This document shows, piece by piece, positions 32,258 through 42,027 of a DNA stretch of 57,015 nt. How positions within the stretch are numbered: position 1 is the first letter of the stretch; the number at the start of each line of letters is the position of its first letter. The stretch lies in the NCBI GenBank assembly GCA_023485865.1, contig JAMCZC010000037.1, positions 1-57,015 of the forward strand, given 5' to 3'. The stretch is from Patescibacteria group bacterium. GTDB taxonomy: Bacteria > Patescibacteriota > Microgenomatia > Levybacterales > UBA12049. A model generated the notes under the pieces. The model was not told the origin of the DNA, ran no database searches, and saw only the letters and a list, made by a program, of their open reading frames with translations. Made by a program: the position numbers and the translations under genes.

Positions 32258-34072
32258 GTGCATATGCTTTCGCTACGCCATATATTGAATTTGCATAAAA
32301 TTTTTCTGATAGCATTGACGCTAATCTTCTTTCATATCTTAGCTCCTCAAAGCAATGCTTTCCAGCCATCTGTAGGTAGTTGGGCGTTTGTTGGTTTGAA
32401 CAATTACATAATTCACAGCATTGCTGTTGACCCAAATAGCCCAAATATACTTTACGCAGGTACTCACAGTTTTGGAATATTTAAAAGTACAGATGGCGGT
32501 GGAAGTTGGAATGCAATCAATAATGGAATAACTAACCATGCTGGCTATTTCACGGAAATTGTTGTTGATCCCACCAACAGTAATATTGTTTATGCGGGAG
32601 GAGTGGGTGTTGACGATGGTAACACAGGAATACTAAAAAGCACAGACGGTGGAGCAAGCTGGGTTTATGCCCACAACGGTATTACAGATGTAGGTTTTGG
32701 CGGACCTCCTGCCGATGTGAATAGTATGATAATCGATCCCAATAATCCCACTATCCTTTATGTAGCTATTGGTAATAGATGTGGAGCAGTTTATAAAAGT
32801 ACAGACAGCGCTGCGACATGGAGCCGGACTAGCGGACTAGCCTGTGATCCAACAGTAATACGCATAGATCCTTTCAATTCGAATGTTCTCTATACACGCA
32901 CTGGCTGGGGTCAGGGAATAAACAATAGCGTTGATGGTGGACTGAATTGGAGTAATATTTCCAGTTTTGGTGCGAATTCTGGATTCTTTGCATTAGCCAT
33001 TGATCCTTTCGGTTCAAATAACTTATATGCAAACGATAATACTGGTGTCTATAAAAGTACAGACAGCGGTCTGAGTTGGTCTCTTTCCAGTGGTGCGCTT
33101 AACAATGTTTATAAGGCGTTAGTTGGTGATCCCGTGCGTCCCAATACTGTGTATGCTGGTGAAGATGCTGGTATTGAAACTAGTGCTTATATGACAACAA
33201 ATGGCGGCTCAACTTGGACAAATATAACTAACGGTTTGCCGGATGTTGGCGTTAAAAGACTGCTGGTTTCAGCGAGTGACCCTAACATTCTGTACGCAGG
33301 AACGGAGGCAGGTATCTATGCATATGGTCTTGTTCCGAACAATCAATCTCCAGTTATTGGTACTTTCACCGTTCCAACTAACCCAGTGATTATTGATTCA
33401 AATGTAAATATCAGCACAACATTTTCAGACCCAAATATAAATGACACCCATACTGCAGTATGGAATTGGGGAGATAATACAACATCAACAGGAACAGTTA
33501 CGGAAAGCAATGGTTCAGGTACAGCTAGTGGAGTTCATACATATACAACTGCAGGAGTATATACGGTTGGTCTAACTGTTATAGACAACCATAATACATC
33601 AGCTAACGCAACTTACGAATACGTAGTAGTCTATGATCCTTCTGCAGGTTTTTTAACGGTCGGAGGACAATATGACTCTCAAGCCGGATGGGATATTCAA
33701 AATCCAAGCGCAGTAGGAAAGGTGATACTTGGTATAAGCGCAAAGTATATTCAAAATAATACGGCTCCGACAGGAAATGCGAAAGTGAACTTTAAAGTAG
33801 GAGATATAAACTTTACCGCAAATTCATATCAGTGGCTGGTAGTTAACAGCTCAAAAGCATATCTTATGGGAAGCGGTACTATAAACGGTTCAGGAAATTA
33901 TACAATCTTCGTATCAGCGATAGACGGTAGTCAAACTGGGGGACAAAATTTAATTAGAGTACAGCTTAAGGATTCTTCGACACAAAGTATAATATATGAT
34001 ACTCAACCTGGTCAATCAGAAATTGTTGATCCTACAACTCCAGTTATAAATGGATCAGTAAAAGTCCACTAA
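32258..34072 (+). CDS. secreted BNR/Asp-box beta-propeller protein with a PKD domain
   Basis: 604 aa with a signal peptide ending ...APQSNA. Six Asp-boxes are present (STDGGGSW, STDGGASW, STDSAATW, SVDGGLNW, STDSGLSW, TTNGGSTW). The PKD-like segment is WNWGDNTTSTG...HTYTTAGVYTVGLTVIDN. Confidence 0.75.
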   Translation: MHMLSLRHILNLHKIFLIALTLIFFHILAPQSNAFQPSVGSWAFVGLNNYIIHSIAVDPNSPNILYAGTHSFGIFKSTDGGGSWNAINNGITNHAGYFTEIVVDPTNSNIVYAGGVGVDDGNTGILKSTDGGASWVYAHNGITDVGFGGPPADVNSMIIDPNNPTILYVAIGNRCGAVYKSTDSAATWSRTSGLACDPTVIRIDPFNSNVLYTRTGWGQGINNSVDGGLNWSNISSFGANSGFFALAIDPFGSNNLYANDNTGVYKSTDSGLSWSLSSGALNNVYKALVGDPVRPNTVYAGEDAGIETSAYMTTNGGSTWTNITNGLPDVGVKRLLVSASDPNILYAGTEAGIYAYGLVPNNQSPVIGTFTVPTNPVIIDSNVNISTTFSDPNINDTHTAVWNWGDNTTSTGTVTESNGSGTASGVHTYTTAGVYTVGLTVIDNHNTSANATYEYVVVYDPSAGFLTVGGQYDSQAGWDIQNPSAVGKVILGISAKYIQNNTAPTGNAKVNFKVGDINFTANSYQWLVVNSSKAYLMGSGTINGSGNYTIFVSAIDGSQTGGQNLIRVQLKDSSTQSIIYDTQPGQSEIVDPTTPVINGSVKVH

Positions 34073-34108
34073 TTTTAGTAAGAGTGATTTTTCTTCCAAC
34101 CTCTAATT

Positions 34109-34117
34109 TGCTATGAT
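34109..34117 (+). promoter_or_regulatory. extended -10 promoter (TGcTATGAT) 6 nt upstream of the ATG at 34124; leaderless-type
   Basis: TGcTATGAT is followed by ttatat and then ATG. Confidence 0.45.
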
Positions 34118-34123
34118 TTATAT

Positions 34124-35005
34124 ATGTCCAGGAAGAAAAATAATAATCTTCATTACGGGTATCTTAGAAAACAATGGACAAAAAAACATAGACAGCTCCA
34201 GAAAGAAATTTTTGATAAGCATAAAGATTCTTTTGAATGGTTAGCTAATAACTCAAGACAGCTTACCGTAGGAACACTTGCCGGAATATTTCTATTGACT
34301 TCTCCAATTATCCCTAAAATTCAAACGGCTTTTTCTTCAAATGTTGCCGCAGCGAATAAAACAATAGATAAAGGAACTTTTGTTATTTATGACCTTAAAA
34401 ATGTATTACCTCAAAATGTTAGGCCATTAACACAACAGGAGGAAAAAAATGTTGCGGAAATTTTATCAAGAGATTATGGAATGAATGTTGCTGCGGAACT
34501 TGATGGGAAAAGATTAAATACAACGTATGGAATTATAGGGCAAGAGCAGCATTTGGCCAGGTATCCTGGGGACAATATGTTTACTCATTTTGATAATCCA
34601 GCAGAACAGGAAAAATATTGGGATTACGGGATGGCTCCCGGCTTAGGCGCTTGGGGTTATTTTTCAAATTCGCAAGACTCAATGTCAAAAGAAGATATTC
34701 AAAGAGAGAAATATTACATTGCAGTACAAACTTTTTTAGTTCCCGGATTTAATGAAAATTCAAAAGAATACACGGATTTTTTTAAATACAGAAAAATGCT
34801 AGTTGTAAATCCTGAAAATGGGAAAGCCATAGTTGCCGATATTGCAGATGCGGGTCCCTCACCGAGTACAGGTAAACAATTGGGAGGTTCCCCAGAGGTA
34901 ATGACTTATTTGGAAAGATACGATGGCTCGCAGAGGGGACCTGTTTTGTATTTTTTTATTGATGACTCAAGTGATAAAATTCCATTAGGGCCAATTTCTT
35001 TATAG
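34124..35005 (+). CDS. membrane-anchored hypothetical protein, possibly with a C-terminal RlpA-like double-psi beta-barrel
   Basis: 293 aa with one TM helix. The C-terminal KMLVVNPENGKAIVADIADAGPSPSTGKQLGGSPEVM resembles the RlpA/expansin DPBB pattern (V-x-N-x-x-NG-[KR]-x-[IV]-x-x-x-[IV]-x-D-x-GP). This is weak recall only. Confidence 0.45.
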   Translation: MSRKKNNNLHYGYLRKQWTKKHRQLQKEIFDKHKDSFEWLANNSRQLTVGTLAGIFLLTSPIIPKIQTAFSSNVAAANKTIDKGTFVIYDLKNVLPQNVRPLTQQEEKNVAEILSRDYGMNVAAELDGKRLNTTYGIIGQEQHLARYPGDNMFTHFDNPAEQEKYWDYGMAPGLGAWGYFSNSQDSMSKEDIQREKYYIAVQTFLVPGFNENSKEYTDFFKYRKMLVVNPENGKAIVADIADAGPSPSTGKQLGGSPEVMTYLERYDGSQRGPVLYFFIDDSSDKIPLGPISL

Positions 35006-35010
35006 ATTTT

Positions 35011-35346
35011 ATGAAAAGTAAACATTTTTACAGTCATTTAATAGAGACTACGGATATAACAGTAGAGTTAGCGGAAATGGAGTTAACTCCGGATGAAAGA
35101 ATCCACCTTATTTCACTTATTGAAGCAAATATACATAGCACCGTTGTTAATACTGTATTGTCAAATCTTACAGAGGAAGATAAAAAAATATTTCTAAAAA
35201 ATTTAGTATCAAACGATCATCAAATAATCTGGACTCACTTAAAGAATAAGACTAAAAAGATAGAGGAAAAAATAATTAAGTCGGTAGGAGTTTTAAAGCA
35301 AGAATTTTATAAAGATATTAAAGAAATACGAAAAGATAAAAATTAA
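35011..35346 (+). CDS. hypothetical protein
   Basis: A 111-aa ORF that follows the 34124 gene closely. No motif is recognised. Confidence 0.45.
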   Translation: MKSKHFYSHLIETTDITVELAEMELTPDERIHLISLIEANIHSTVVNTVLSNLTEEDKKIFLKNLVSNDHQIIWTHLKNKTKKIEEKIIKSVGVLKQEFYKDIKEIRKDKN

Positions 35347-35350
35347 TCTA

Positions 35351-35692
35351 TCATTTTAGATCTTTTTCCTGCAGATTCCTCTTTTCGATTTTTTTAAGCT
35401 TATCCTCTATTGCTCTTTCAATATCAACGCCTGTAACTTCGGCAAGCTGGATGGTTGTTATTATTACGTCTGCAAACTCCTGATAGATATTTCTTTTATC
35501 AAAATTTTTCATTTTTGCTTTTCTTTGCAGTTTTAATATCCCAAGAATATCGTTACAAAGCTCTCCCACTTCTTCGTTTAATTTTACGGTTTTTGTTAAA
35601 ATTTCTTTTTCCTCCTGTGTGTAAAGTTTGTAATGAGGCTTTGTCATTTCGTTAAGAGTGGTAATTCTTTGCTGCAGGTTTTTTAGATTCAT
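35351..35692 (-). CDS. MazG-like nucleotide pyrophosphohydrolase
   Basis: 113 aa with KLNEEVGELCNDIL ... EFADVIITTIQLAEVTGVDIERAIEDKLKKIEKR, the EExxE / ExxD MazG helices. Confidence 0.65.
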   Translation of the reverse strand: MNLKNLQQRITTLNEMTKPHYKLYTQEEKEILTKTVKLNEEVGELCNDILGILKLQRKAKMKNFDKRNIYQEFADVIITTIQLAEVTGVDIERAIEDKLKKIEKRNLQEKDLK

Positions 35693-35754
35693 ATGTTCTG
35701 ATTATAACACAGTTTAAGTTTGCAAAAGAAGCTGTCATAACCTACAATAACCTC

Positions 35755-36159
35755 ATGAAGGAGCTTAAACCAATAGAGGAAACATGGAATAAAAAAAGAA
35801 TTTTTTTTTGGCTAACTTTTCTTATAATGTTAGTTGCTGGTTTAATAACTTTTAAGGTTTTGGCTTTGGATAAAAATCAAGATTTTTCACAAAAACCTAT
35901 CACAAATAAAACAAAATCTGTTGAAGGAACAAGTTCACGTTCAAATTCTTCAAATCAAGATAATCCCGCGGTGAATTTGAAAACAAGCGTTGCGGATCAG
36001 CTTAACAGCATAAAACAAGAAGCATCGAGCATAAATATTGCCGAAGTAGCAACTTCTTCGCCTCAGGTTCAAAAAGTGCTTGAGGATATAAAGTCAATTC
36101 AAAATCTCCCCAAAAGTCAGGCAAAGAGTTTTTGTCAGCAAATTTGTAACGGATTATAA
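35755..36159 (+). CDS. membrane-anchored hypothetical protein
   Basis: 134 aa with one TM helix and a Ser/Asn-rich linker. TACAAT-N6-ATG is the start architecture. Confidence 0.45.
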   Translation: MKELKPIEETWNKKRIFFWLTFLIMLVAGLITFKVLALDKNQDFSQKPITNKTKSVEGTSSRSNSSNQDNPAVNLKTSVADQLNSIKQEASSINIAEVATSSPQVQKVLEDIKSIQNLPKSQAKSFCQQICNGL

Positions 36160-36161
36160 AT

Positions 36162-37166
36162 ATGGATGAGTTAAAAACAAGAATACAAAATTTATTAGTT
36201 AAGCTTAATGTCGATGAAAAAAGAAAACAGGTAAGGCTTATTGAGGCGGAAAGCACACATCCCTCTTTTTGGCACGACCACAAAACTGCGGCGGGAAAAA
36301 TGAAGGAATTATCAAATCTTCAAGAGGAAATCTTAAAGATTGAAAACTTGCAGGAACTAATAGCCGGGGAAAAAGCAAAAGAAGCAGAAAAACTGCTTCA
36401 AGAGTTAGAGGTATTGCTTTATTTCTCCGGTCCTTACGATAGCGGTTCTGCGATACTGGCGTTACATTCCGGACAGGGCGGAGTAGAAGCGATGGATTGG
36501 ACCAAGATGCTTTACAGAATGTATACCAGATTTTTTGAAAGAAAAGGCTGGGACTTCGAAACCATAGAAGAAACGCAAGGCGAGGAAGCGGGTCTTAAAA
36601 GCGTTACAGTTTCGGTTAACGGAAAATATGCTTATGGGTTATTAAAGGGAGAGGCGGGAGTTCATAGGCTGGTTAGACAATCGCCTTTCAATGCGGATAG
36701 CTTGAGGCAAACATCATTTGCTTTGGTTGAGGTTTTGCCCGACGTTGGCGAGGATGCGGAAATAGAATTAAAAGATGATGATTTGGAATGGGATTTTTTC
36801 AGAAGCGGCGGGCATGGAGGTCAAAACGTCAACAAAGTTTCGACTGCGGTAAGATTAAAACATAAGCCAACCGGCATTATTGTTACTGCTCAAAGCCAGC
36901 GTTATCAAGGCCAGAACCGTGAATATGCGTTAAAAATTTTAAAAGCTAAACTCTGGATATTACAGGAAGAAGAGCGGAAAATTCAAGAACGGCAGTTAAA
37001 AGGCGGGTATAAAACTCCAGGTTGGGGAAATCAAATCCGCTCCTACGTTTTGCACCCTTATAAAATGGTAAAAGATTTACGTACGGGATTTGAAACTTCA
37101 AATACCGATGCTGTGCTTGACGGAGACATAGACGGATTTATAGATGAAGAGCTTCGAAAACTTTAA
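36162..37166 (+). CDS. prfB: peptide chain release factor 2, encoded without the programmed +1 frameshift
   Basis: 334 aa with SPF (RQSPFNA) and GGQ ([12 protein letters not shown]). The ORF is contiguous across the region where many bacteria carry CTT TGA. Confidence 0.9.
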   Translation: MDELKTRIQNLLVKLNVDEKRKQVRLIEAESTHPSFWHDHKTAAGKMKELSNLQEEILKIENLQELIAGEKAKEAEKLLQELEVLLYFSGPYDSGSAILALHSGQGGVEAMDWTKMLYRMYTRFFERKGWDFETIEETQGEEAGLKSVTVSVNGKYAYGLLKGEAGVHRLVRQSPFNADSLRQTSFALVEVLPDVGEDAEIELKDDDLEWDFFRSGGHGGQNVNKVSTAVRLKHKPTGIIVTAQSQRYQGQNREYALKILKAKLWILQEEERKIQERQLKGGYKTPGWGNQIRSYVLHPYKMVKDLRTGFETSNTDAVLDGDIDGFIDEELRKL

Positions 37167-37238
37167 TTCTGAAGCAGTTTAGGGTTGCTAAAAGCAGTAA
37201 AATATGTTTTACTTAACAGAGGAGGTGATATCAAAATA

Positions 37239-37709
37239 ATGGAAGAGATTAAAGACGACGTAAAAGATCAATCATTAGTCCACGATTTTAATACTTCAAA
37301 TAGTAAATTTTCTTTCTCGCCAAAAATCGCCCTTATTTTTGTAGTTGTTGTTTTGCTGGGATTAGGCAGCGGCTATGTGCTTTCAACAAGATTAAGTATT
37401 AATGGAAAAACGGCAAATATTGGAGGAAATTTGAATTCATCATCTATTTCCAAAGGAACAACGGTTGGCTCCAATGATACAAATACTTTTAAAGATACGG
37501 CGCAAGGGATTTTAAAACAAGGGGGAATTGACGGAGAGGGCGCATTCCATCTTGAAAGACCGGGTGGGTCCAGTCAAAATGTATACCTCACTTCTTCGAC
37601 GGTTGACATGACTAAGTTCGTCGATAAAAAAATAAAAGTTTGGGGACAAACCCAAAAAGCTCAGCACGCAGGCTGGCTTATGGATGTAGGAAGAGTTGAG
37701 GTACTATGA
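37239..37709 (+). CDS. membrane-anchored hypothetical protein
   Basis: I chose the ATG at 37239, 8 nt after the SD GGAGGTGA; the ORF track starts at 37185. It has one TM helix. Confidence 0.5.
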   Translation: MEEIKDDVKDQSLVHDFNTSNSKFSFSPKIALIFVVVVLLGLGSGYVLSTRLSINGKTANIGGNLNSSSISKGTTVGSNDTNTFKDTAQGILKQGGIDGEGAFHLERPGGSSQNVYLTSSTVDMTKFVDKKIKVWGQTQKAQHAGWLMDVGRVEVL

Positions 37710-38458
37710 TAAAGCTTGATAATGTCTCAAAAAAATTCGGAACAGGGGTTTTTGGCCTTTCTGATATTACCCTATCGGTCGATAACGGGGAATTTGTTTT
37801 TTTAATCGGTCCGACCGGAAGCGGTAAAACAACTATCTTTAGACTTTTAATCCGTGAAACGCTGCCTACGGAAGGAACAATAACGGTAAACGATTGGGAT
37901 GTAGTTAAATTGCCAAAGCAGAAAATTCCCCATTTAAGGAAAAAGGTGGGAGTTGTTTTTCAGGATTTAAAATTATTGCTTGACAGGACAACTTTTGAAA
38001 ACATCAGCTTACCGCTTGAAGTATCGGGAGTAAATTCGGATGAAGCCAAAAAAAGAGTGGAAGAAGTGCTGACTCAGGTTGGCTTACTTTCCCATAAAGA
38101 TAAGTTTCCCATCCAGTTATCAGGAGGAGAATTGCAAAGAGCTGCTATTGCAAGAGCGCTTATTTTATCGCCCGAAATATTATTAGCAGATGAGCCAACC
38201 GGCAATCTTGATTCTGCCACATCTTGGGAAATAGTTAAGCTGTTGTCCGACATTAACGAAAAAGGCACAACTGTTATAATGGCAACTCATAACGCGGATA
38301 TCGTTAAAAGTCTTTCAAAAAGAGTCATAGAGCTTGAAAAGGGCCATTTGGTTAATGACGGAATACATAAACCGCATGAAGCAAAAAATGGTCACGAAGA
38401 AAAAGAAACACGTAAAACACATGAAACGTCGTATGAAGAAAGGGAGAAAAAAGAATGA
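37706..38458 (+). CDS. ftsE: cell division ATP-binding protein FtsE
   Basis: 250 aa with GPTGSGKTT, LSGGELQR and LLADEPTGNLD. The C-terminal tail is rich in basic and acidic residues. Confidence 0.9.
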   Translation: MIKLDNVSKKFGTGVFGLSDITLSVDNGEFVFLIGPTGSGKTTIFRLLIRETLPTEGTITVNDWDVVKLPKQKIPHLRKKVGVVFQDLKLLLDRTTFENISLPLEVSGVNSDEAKKRVEEVLTQVGLLSHKDKFPIQLSGGELQRAAIARALILSPEILLADEPTGNLDSATSWEIVKLLSDINEKGTTVIMATHNADIVKSLSKRVIELEKGHLVNDGIHKPHEAKNGHEEKETRKTHETSYEEREKKE

Positions 38459-39321
38459 GACACGCCAAAACAACGTGGACAAACATCAGAAGGTCTCCGT
38501 ATCAGGCTTTTGCAGCTATTTTAATAATGATGCTTACCTTTTTGGTAATCTCCTTTTTTACTTTTTTAATCGGGGGTTCATCAAAAATTGTAAATTATTT
38601 TGAATCAAAGCCTCAGGTAACGGCATTTTTCAAAAACGAAGCAAAACAAAGTGACATAAATACGCTGGAAAACGATTTGCAATCAACAGGGAAAGTAGCA
38701 TCTGTAAAATTTGTTTCAAAAGACGAAGCGCTAAAAATTTACAGGGAACAGAATAAAAATGATCCGCTTCTTTTGGATTTAGTTACTGCTGATATTTTGC
38801 CGGCATCTTTAGAAATATCCTCGCTTAAAATCGAAGATTTATCCAGTATTTCGGATACTCTCAAGAAGTCCCCGATTATTCAGGAAGTTGTGTTTCAAAA
38901 AGACGTTGTTTCGACGTTAACTTCCTGGACCAGCGCAATAAGAAAAATTGGTATTGCGTTAATCGTTCTTTTGTCTCTTGTTTCAATTTTTATTATGGTA
39001 ACGATTATCGGAATCAAAATTTCCCAGAAAAAAGAAGACATAGAGATTATGAGGCTTATCGGAGCAACAAATTGGTATATCCGCTGGCCGTTTATTTTTG
39101 AAGGAATGTTTTACGGGATTATCGGCGCGATTTTTGGCTGGCTTATTTCTTCTTTGGCCCTATGGTATGCAACCCCGTTTTTAGCCTCGTTTTTAAGAGG
39201 GATTCCGGTGCTTCCGGTATCTCCGGTTGTTATTCTCGAGCTTTTGGCAGTTGAATTGGTGCTTGCGGCATTTCTTGGTGCTTTTTCCAGTTTTCTAGCT
39301 GTATTAAGGTATTTAAAATAG
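38455..39321 (+). CDS. ftsX: cell division permease FtsX
   Basis: 288 aa with four TM helices and a periplasmic domain. It is coupled to ftsE and contains MRLIGATNWYIRWPF. Confidence 0.85.
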   Translation: MRHAKTTWTNIRRSPYQAFAAILIMMLTFLVISFFTFLIGGSSKIVNYFESKPQVTAFFKNEAKQSDINTLENDLQSTGKVASVKFVSKDEALKIYREQNKNDPLLLDLVTADILPASLEISSLKIEDLSSISDTLKKSPIIQEVVFQKDVVSTLTSWTSAIRKIGIALIVLLSLVSIFIMVTIIGIKISQKKEDIEIMRLIGATNWYIRWPFIFEGMFYGIIGAIFGWLISSLALWYATPFLASFLRGIPVLPVSPVVILELLAVELVLAAFLGAFSSFLAVLRYLK

Positions 39322-39361
39322 GTTTTATTAATTTAAAATGTTATGGAATATGGGTTTAGTA

Positions 39362-40570
39362 ATGAAAAAAATAGGAATAATTGTTATTTTTCTTTTAGTA
39401 ATTCTTCTTAGTTCTTCTTTTGGTAGAAATATTGCCTATTCGGAAGCTCCTACCCCTACACCAAGTCCTTCCCCAAGTCCTACGAATAATTCCCAACAGA
39501 TTCAGGATTTGCAGAATAAAATAAATGATCTCCAAAACAAGATTTCGGATTTGAAAGGTCAAGAAAAAACTTTATCTTCTCAAATTGCGGTAATGGATAA
39601 TCAAATAAAATTAACGGAATATAAAATCGAAGCAACACGGGAACAAATCACTAGCTTAACGCTGGATATCGATACCGCAACTAAAAAAGTATCCGGCCTT
39701 CAGCAAGCTTTAAATAGTTTGGTTGAGGTTTTGGCAAATAGGATTGTGGCAACTTACGAAGTAGGCACCATTCAGCCCTTTCAAATTCTTTTAACTTCTA
39801 ATAGCGCTTCTGATTTTTTTAAAAGACTAAATTATCTAAAAATCGCCCAAGAGCATGATAAAAAACTTGTTTACGATACGGAACAAGCAAAAGTTGATTA
39901 CGCTAACCAAAAAGTAATTTTTGAAGATAAAAAGAAAAAAGTAGAGGCATTGAAGAAACAACTGGAAGATTACACTGCGCAATTAGATCAAGATAAAAAA
40001 GATAAGCAAGCCTTATTGGATATTACTCAAAACAACGAAGCAATTTATCAACAAAAGCTACAAGCGGCGTTGGCTGAGCAAAGAGCAATACAGCAAATTA
40101 CTTCTGGAGGTGGTAATGCCGCCGAAGTAGGACCTGTTAACGAAGGCGATGTCGTTGGATATATGATAAGCGGTAAATCAGCCTGTTCTTCCGGAACTCA
40201 TCTTCATTTTGAGGTTAGTTCGAATGGAGCGATACAGGATCCAAGCGGATACTTAGCCAACAAAAGCGTCATCTGGGATAATTCTCCCGACGGTTCCTTC
40301 AGCTTTACCGGTTCATGGAATTTTCCCGTCTCAGATCCTATAAGAATAGAGCAGGGATATGGTATGACTTACTGGGCGAGAACGGGTTGGTATCGTGGAG
40401 GTCCTCATACAGGAATAGATATGTTCTCCGACTCTTCAAATGCCGTTCGTGCTGTAAAACCCGGAAAATTGTTTAGGGGAGGTATAGCCTGTGGCGGCGG
40501 ACAATTATTATTTGCAAGAGTGGACCAAGACAACGGAATTCAAACTTATTACCTGCATATTGTTCCATAA
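39362..40570 (+). CDS. coiled-coil M23 peptidase (EnvC-like murein hydrolase or activator)
   Basis: I chose the start at MKKIGII. It has a signal/TM segment, a long coiled coil, and the M23 motifs GPHTGIDM and a histidine motif HLHFEV (arranged atypically). Confidence 0.75.
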   Translation: MKKIGIIVIFLLVILLSSSFGRNIAYSEAPTPTPSPSPSPTNNSQQIQDLQNKINDLQNKISDLKGQEKTLSSQIAVMDNQIKLTEYKIEATREQITSLTLDIDTATKKVSGLQQALNSLVEVLANRIVATYEVGTIQPFQILLTSNSASDFFKRLNYLKIAQEHDKKLVYDTEQAKVDYANQKVIFEDKKKKVEALKKQLEDYTAQLDQDKKDKQALLDITQNNEAIYQQKLQAALAEQRAIQQITSGGGNAAEVGPVNEGDVVGYMISGKSACSSGTHLHFEVSSNGAIQDPSGYLANKSVIWDNSPDGSFSFTGSWNFPVSDPIRIEQGYGMTYWARTGWYRGGPHTGIDMFSDSSNAVRAVKPGKLFRGGIACGGGQLLFARVDQDNGIQTYYLHIVP

Positions 40571-40634
40571 AAATATTATTAAACATTTTTATTTAGTATA
40601 TATAGAATCTAGAATTTATAGAGAAATTATTTAA

Positions 40635-41465
40635 ATGAAAGCAATAATTGCCCTGGTTGTTTTTTTATTATTACACCTGATAGCTCCTAAAGCTGTTTTT
40701 GCCGCTAGGAGTCTTATTATCTCTTCCGATAAAACATCGCTTTTTGGATACGAAGATGCCACTATTACCGCTTCAGCATCAGGGTTTACAGATGGAGAAT
40801 TAATCTATATAAAAGGAGCTTTTTATCAGGATGGGTCCACTAATTATTTTGGTTATACGAAAAACGGAGATAACTGGATTAAAAACGGAGATTCAACTAC
40901 CTCTCAAAAACAAATCAAAATCGGAGATTGGGATAATAAAATAGTTGTTGAGAGCGACTTTTTAGACAGTGGCTACAAAGGAGAAAGCGGTTACAAGTTT
41001 AAAGTAGGTTTTTATTATATAACGAGTGGAGGGAATTTATCTTCTGTTAATTGGTCGTCTAATAGTCTCGATATAAATCTTAATGAACCTGATCCTGCGC
41101 CAACGCCAACTCCTATTTCTCAAAATACGCCTACCCTTACTCCGGCTCCGACTAAATCTCCGACTCCCCCGTTAAACGCGGCTAACGCAACTCCTAAACC
41201 ATTAACTCCCAAGCCGGCTGTTTTGCCTACCAAAACAAGTTTAAGCGAAAATGTTTTAGGGGAAGCTTCTGAAAGTGCGACTATGAGTTCACTTACTAAA
41301 CCTTTGGCTTCAAAAGTTCCCAAAAAAGAAAAAATAATATCGTCTGCAAAAGAAGACAACCTCGGGAAAATATTAATAATATTGGGTTTTGTTTTTATTT
41401 TAGCTTGTGGTATATTGTTTTCCTGGCCTTTTATTAGAAAAAAACTTAAGAAAGATGAATGGTAA
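40635..41465 (+). CDS. secreted Pro/Thr-rich protein with a C-terminal membrane anchor
   Basis: 276 aa with a signal peptide, a beta-rich domain, a PTPTP linker, and a C-terminal hydrophobic helix followed by RKKLKKDEW. Confidence 0.5.
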   Translation: MKAIIALVVFLLLHLIAPKAVFAARSLIISSDKTSLFGYEDATITASASGFTDGELIYIKGAFYQDGSTNYFGYTKNGDNWIKNGDSTTSQKQIKIGDWDNKIVVESDFLDSGYKGESGYKFKVGFYYITSGGNLSSVNWSSNSLDINLNEPDPAPTPTPISQNTPTLTPAPTKSPTPPLNAANATPKPLTPKPAVLPTKTSLSENVLGEASESATMSSLTKPLASKVPKKEKIISSAKEDNLGKILIILGFVFILACGILFSWPFIRKKLKKDEW

Positions 41466-41919
41466 AATTTTTGTTACGAATAGCTTTGAGGAAACTCAAA
41501 GCTTAGGAAAAGAATTAGCCTCTATGCTAAAAGGAGGAAAAATTATTGCTCTTTACGGAAACTTAGGTGCGGGAAAAACTACCTTTGTCCAAGGTTTGGC
41601 AATGGGGTTAGGAATAAAAAAAAGAATTATTTCTCCGACATTTATTATGGTCAGGGCTTACGAAATCAATAATCAAAAATCAATAATCAAAAATCAAGAG
41701 TTAAGACAAAAAACCTTTTATCACATCGATTTGTATAGAACGGAAACTGCGGATGACATAAGAGGGTTGGGTATAGACGAAATTATAGGTAACAATAATA
41801 ATATTGTTGTGATTGAGTGGGCCGAGAAGATAAAAGATTTCCTGCCCAAAGAAAGAATAGATATATATTTTGAGTACCTTGGGGAGAATAGAAGGAGGAT
41901 AACCATTAAATACTTATAA
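41455..41919 (+). CDS. tsaE: tRNA t6A biosynthesis ATPase TsaE
   Basis: I chose the start at MNGKIF. It has Walker A GNLGAGKTTF, then SPTF and HIDLYR. Confidence 0.85.
   Translation: MNGKIFVTNSFEETQSLGKELASMLKGGKIIALYGNLGAGKTTFVQGLAMGLGIKKRIISPTFIMVRAYEINNQKSIIKNQELRQKTFYHIDLYRTETADDIRGLGIDEIIGNNNNIVVIEWAEKIKDFLPKERIDIYFEYLGENRRRITIKYL
41664..41698. repeat. 14-nt tandem repeat (AATCAATAATCAAA x2.5), 7-nt sub-period, inside tsaE
   Basis: Exact copies lie at 41664-41677 and 41678-41691. The repeat encodes INNQKSIIKNQ. Confidence 0.8.
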
Positions 41920-42027
41920 TTTCTAATTTCTAATTCTTAATTTCTAATTAAATTCAAATGTTTTAAATTTTAAGCATCGAGTCATTAGAAATTCATTTTA
42001 AATTTAAAATTTATAATTAAAAATTTA
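41917..42027. repeat. AT-rich intergenic element, copy 2, beginning with (TAATTTC)x4.5
   Basis: The heptamer array spans 41917-41949, followed by TCAAATGTTTTAAA (41954-41967) and CATTAGAAATTCATT. The element fills the gap from the tsaE stop to the tsaC ATG. Confidence 0.65.
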
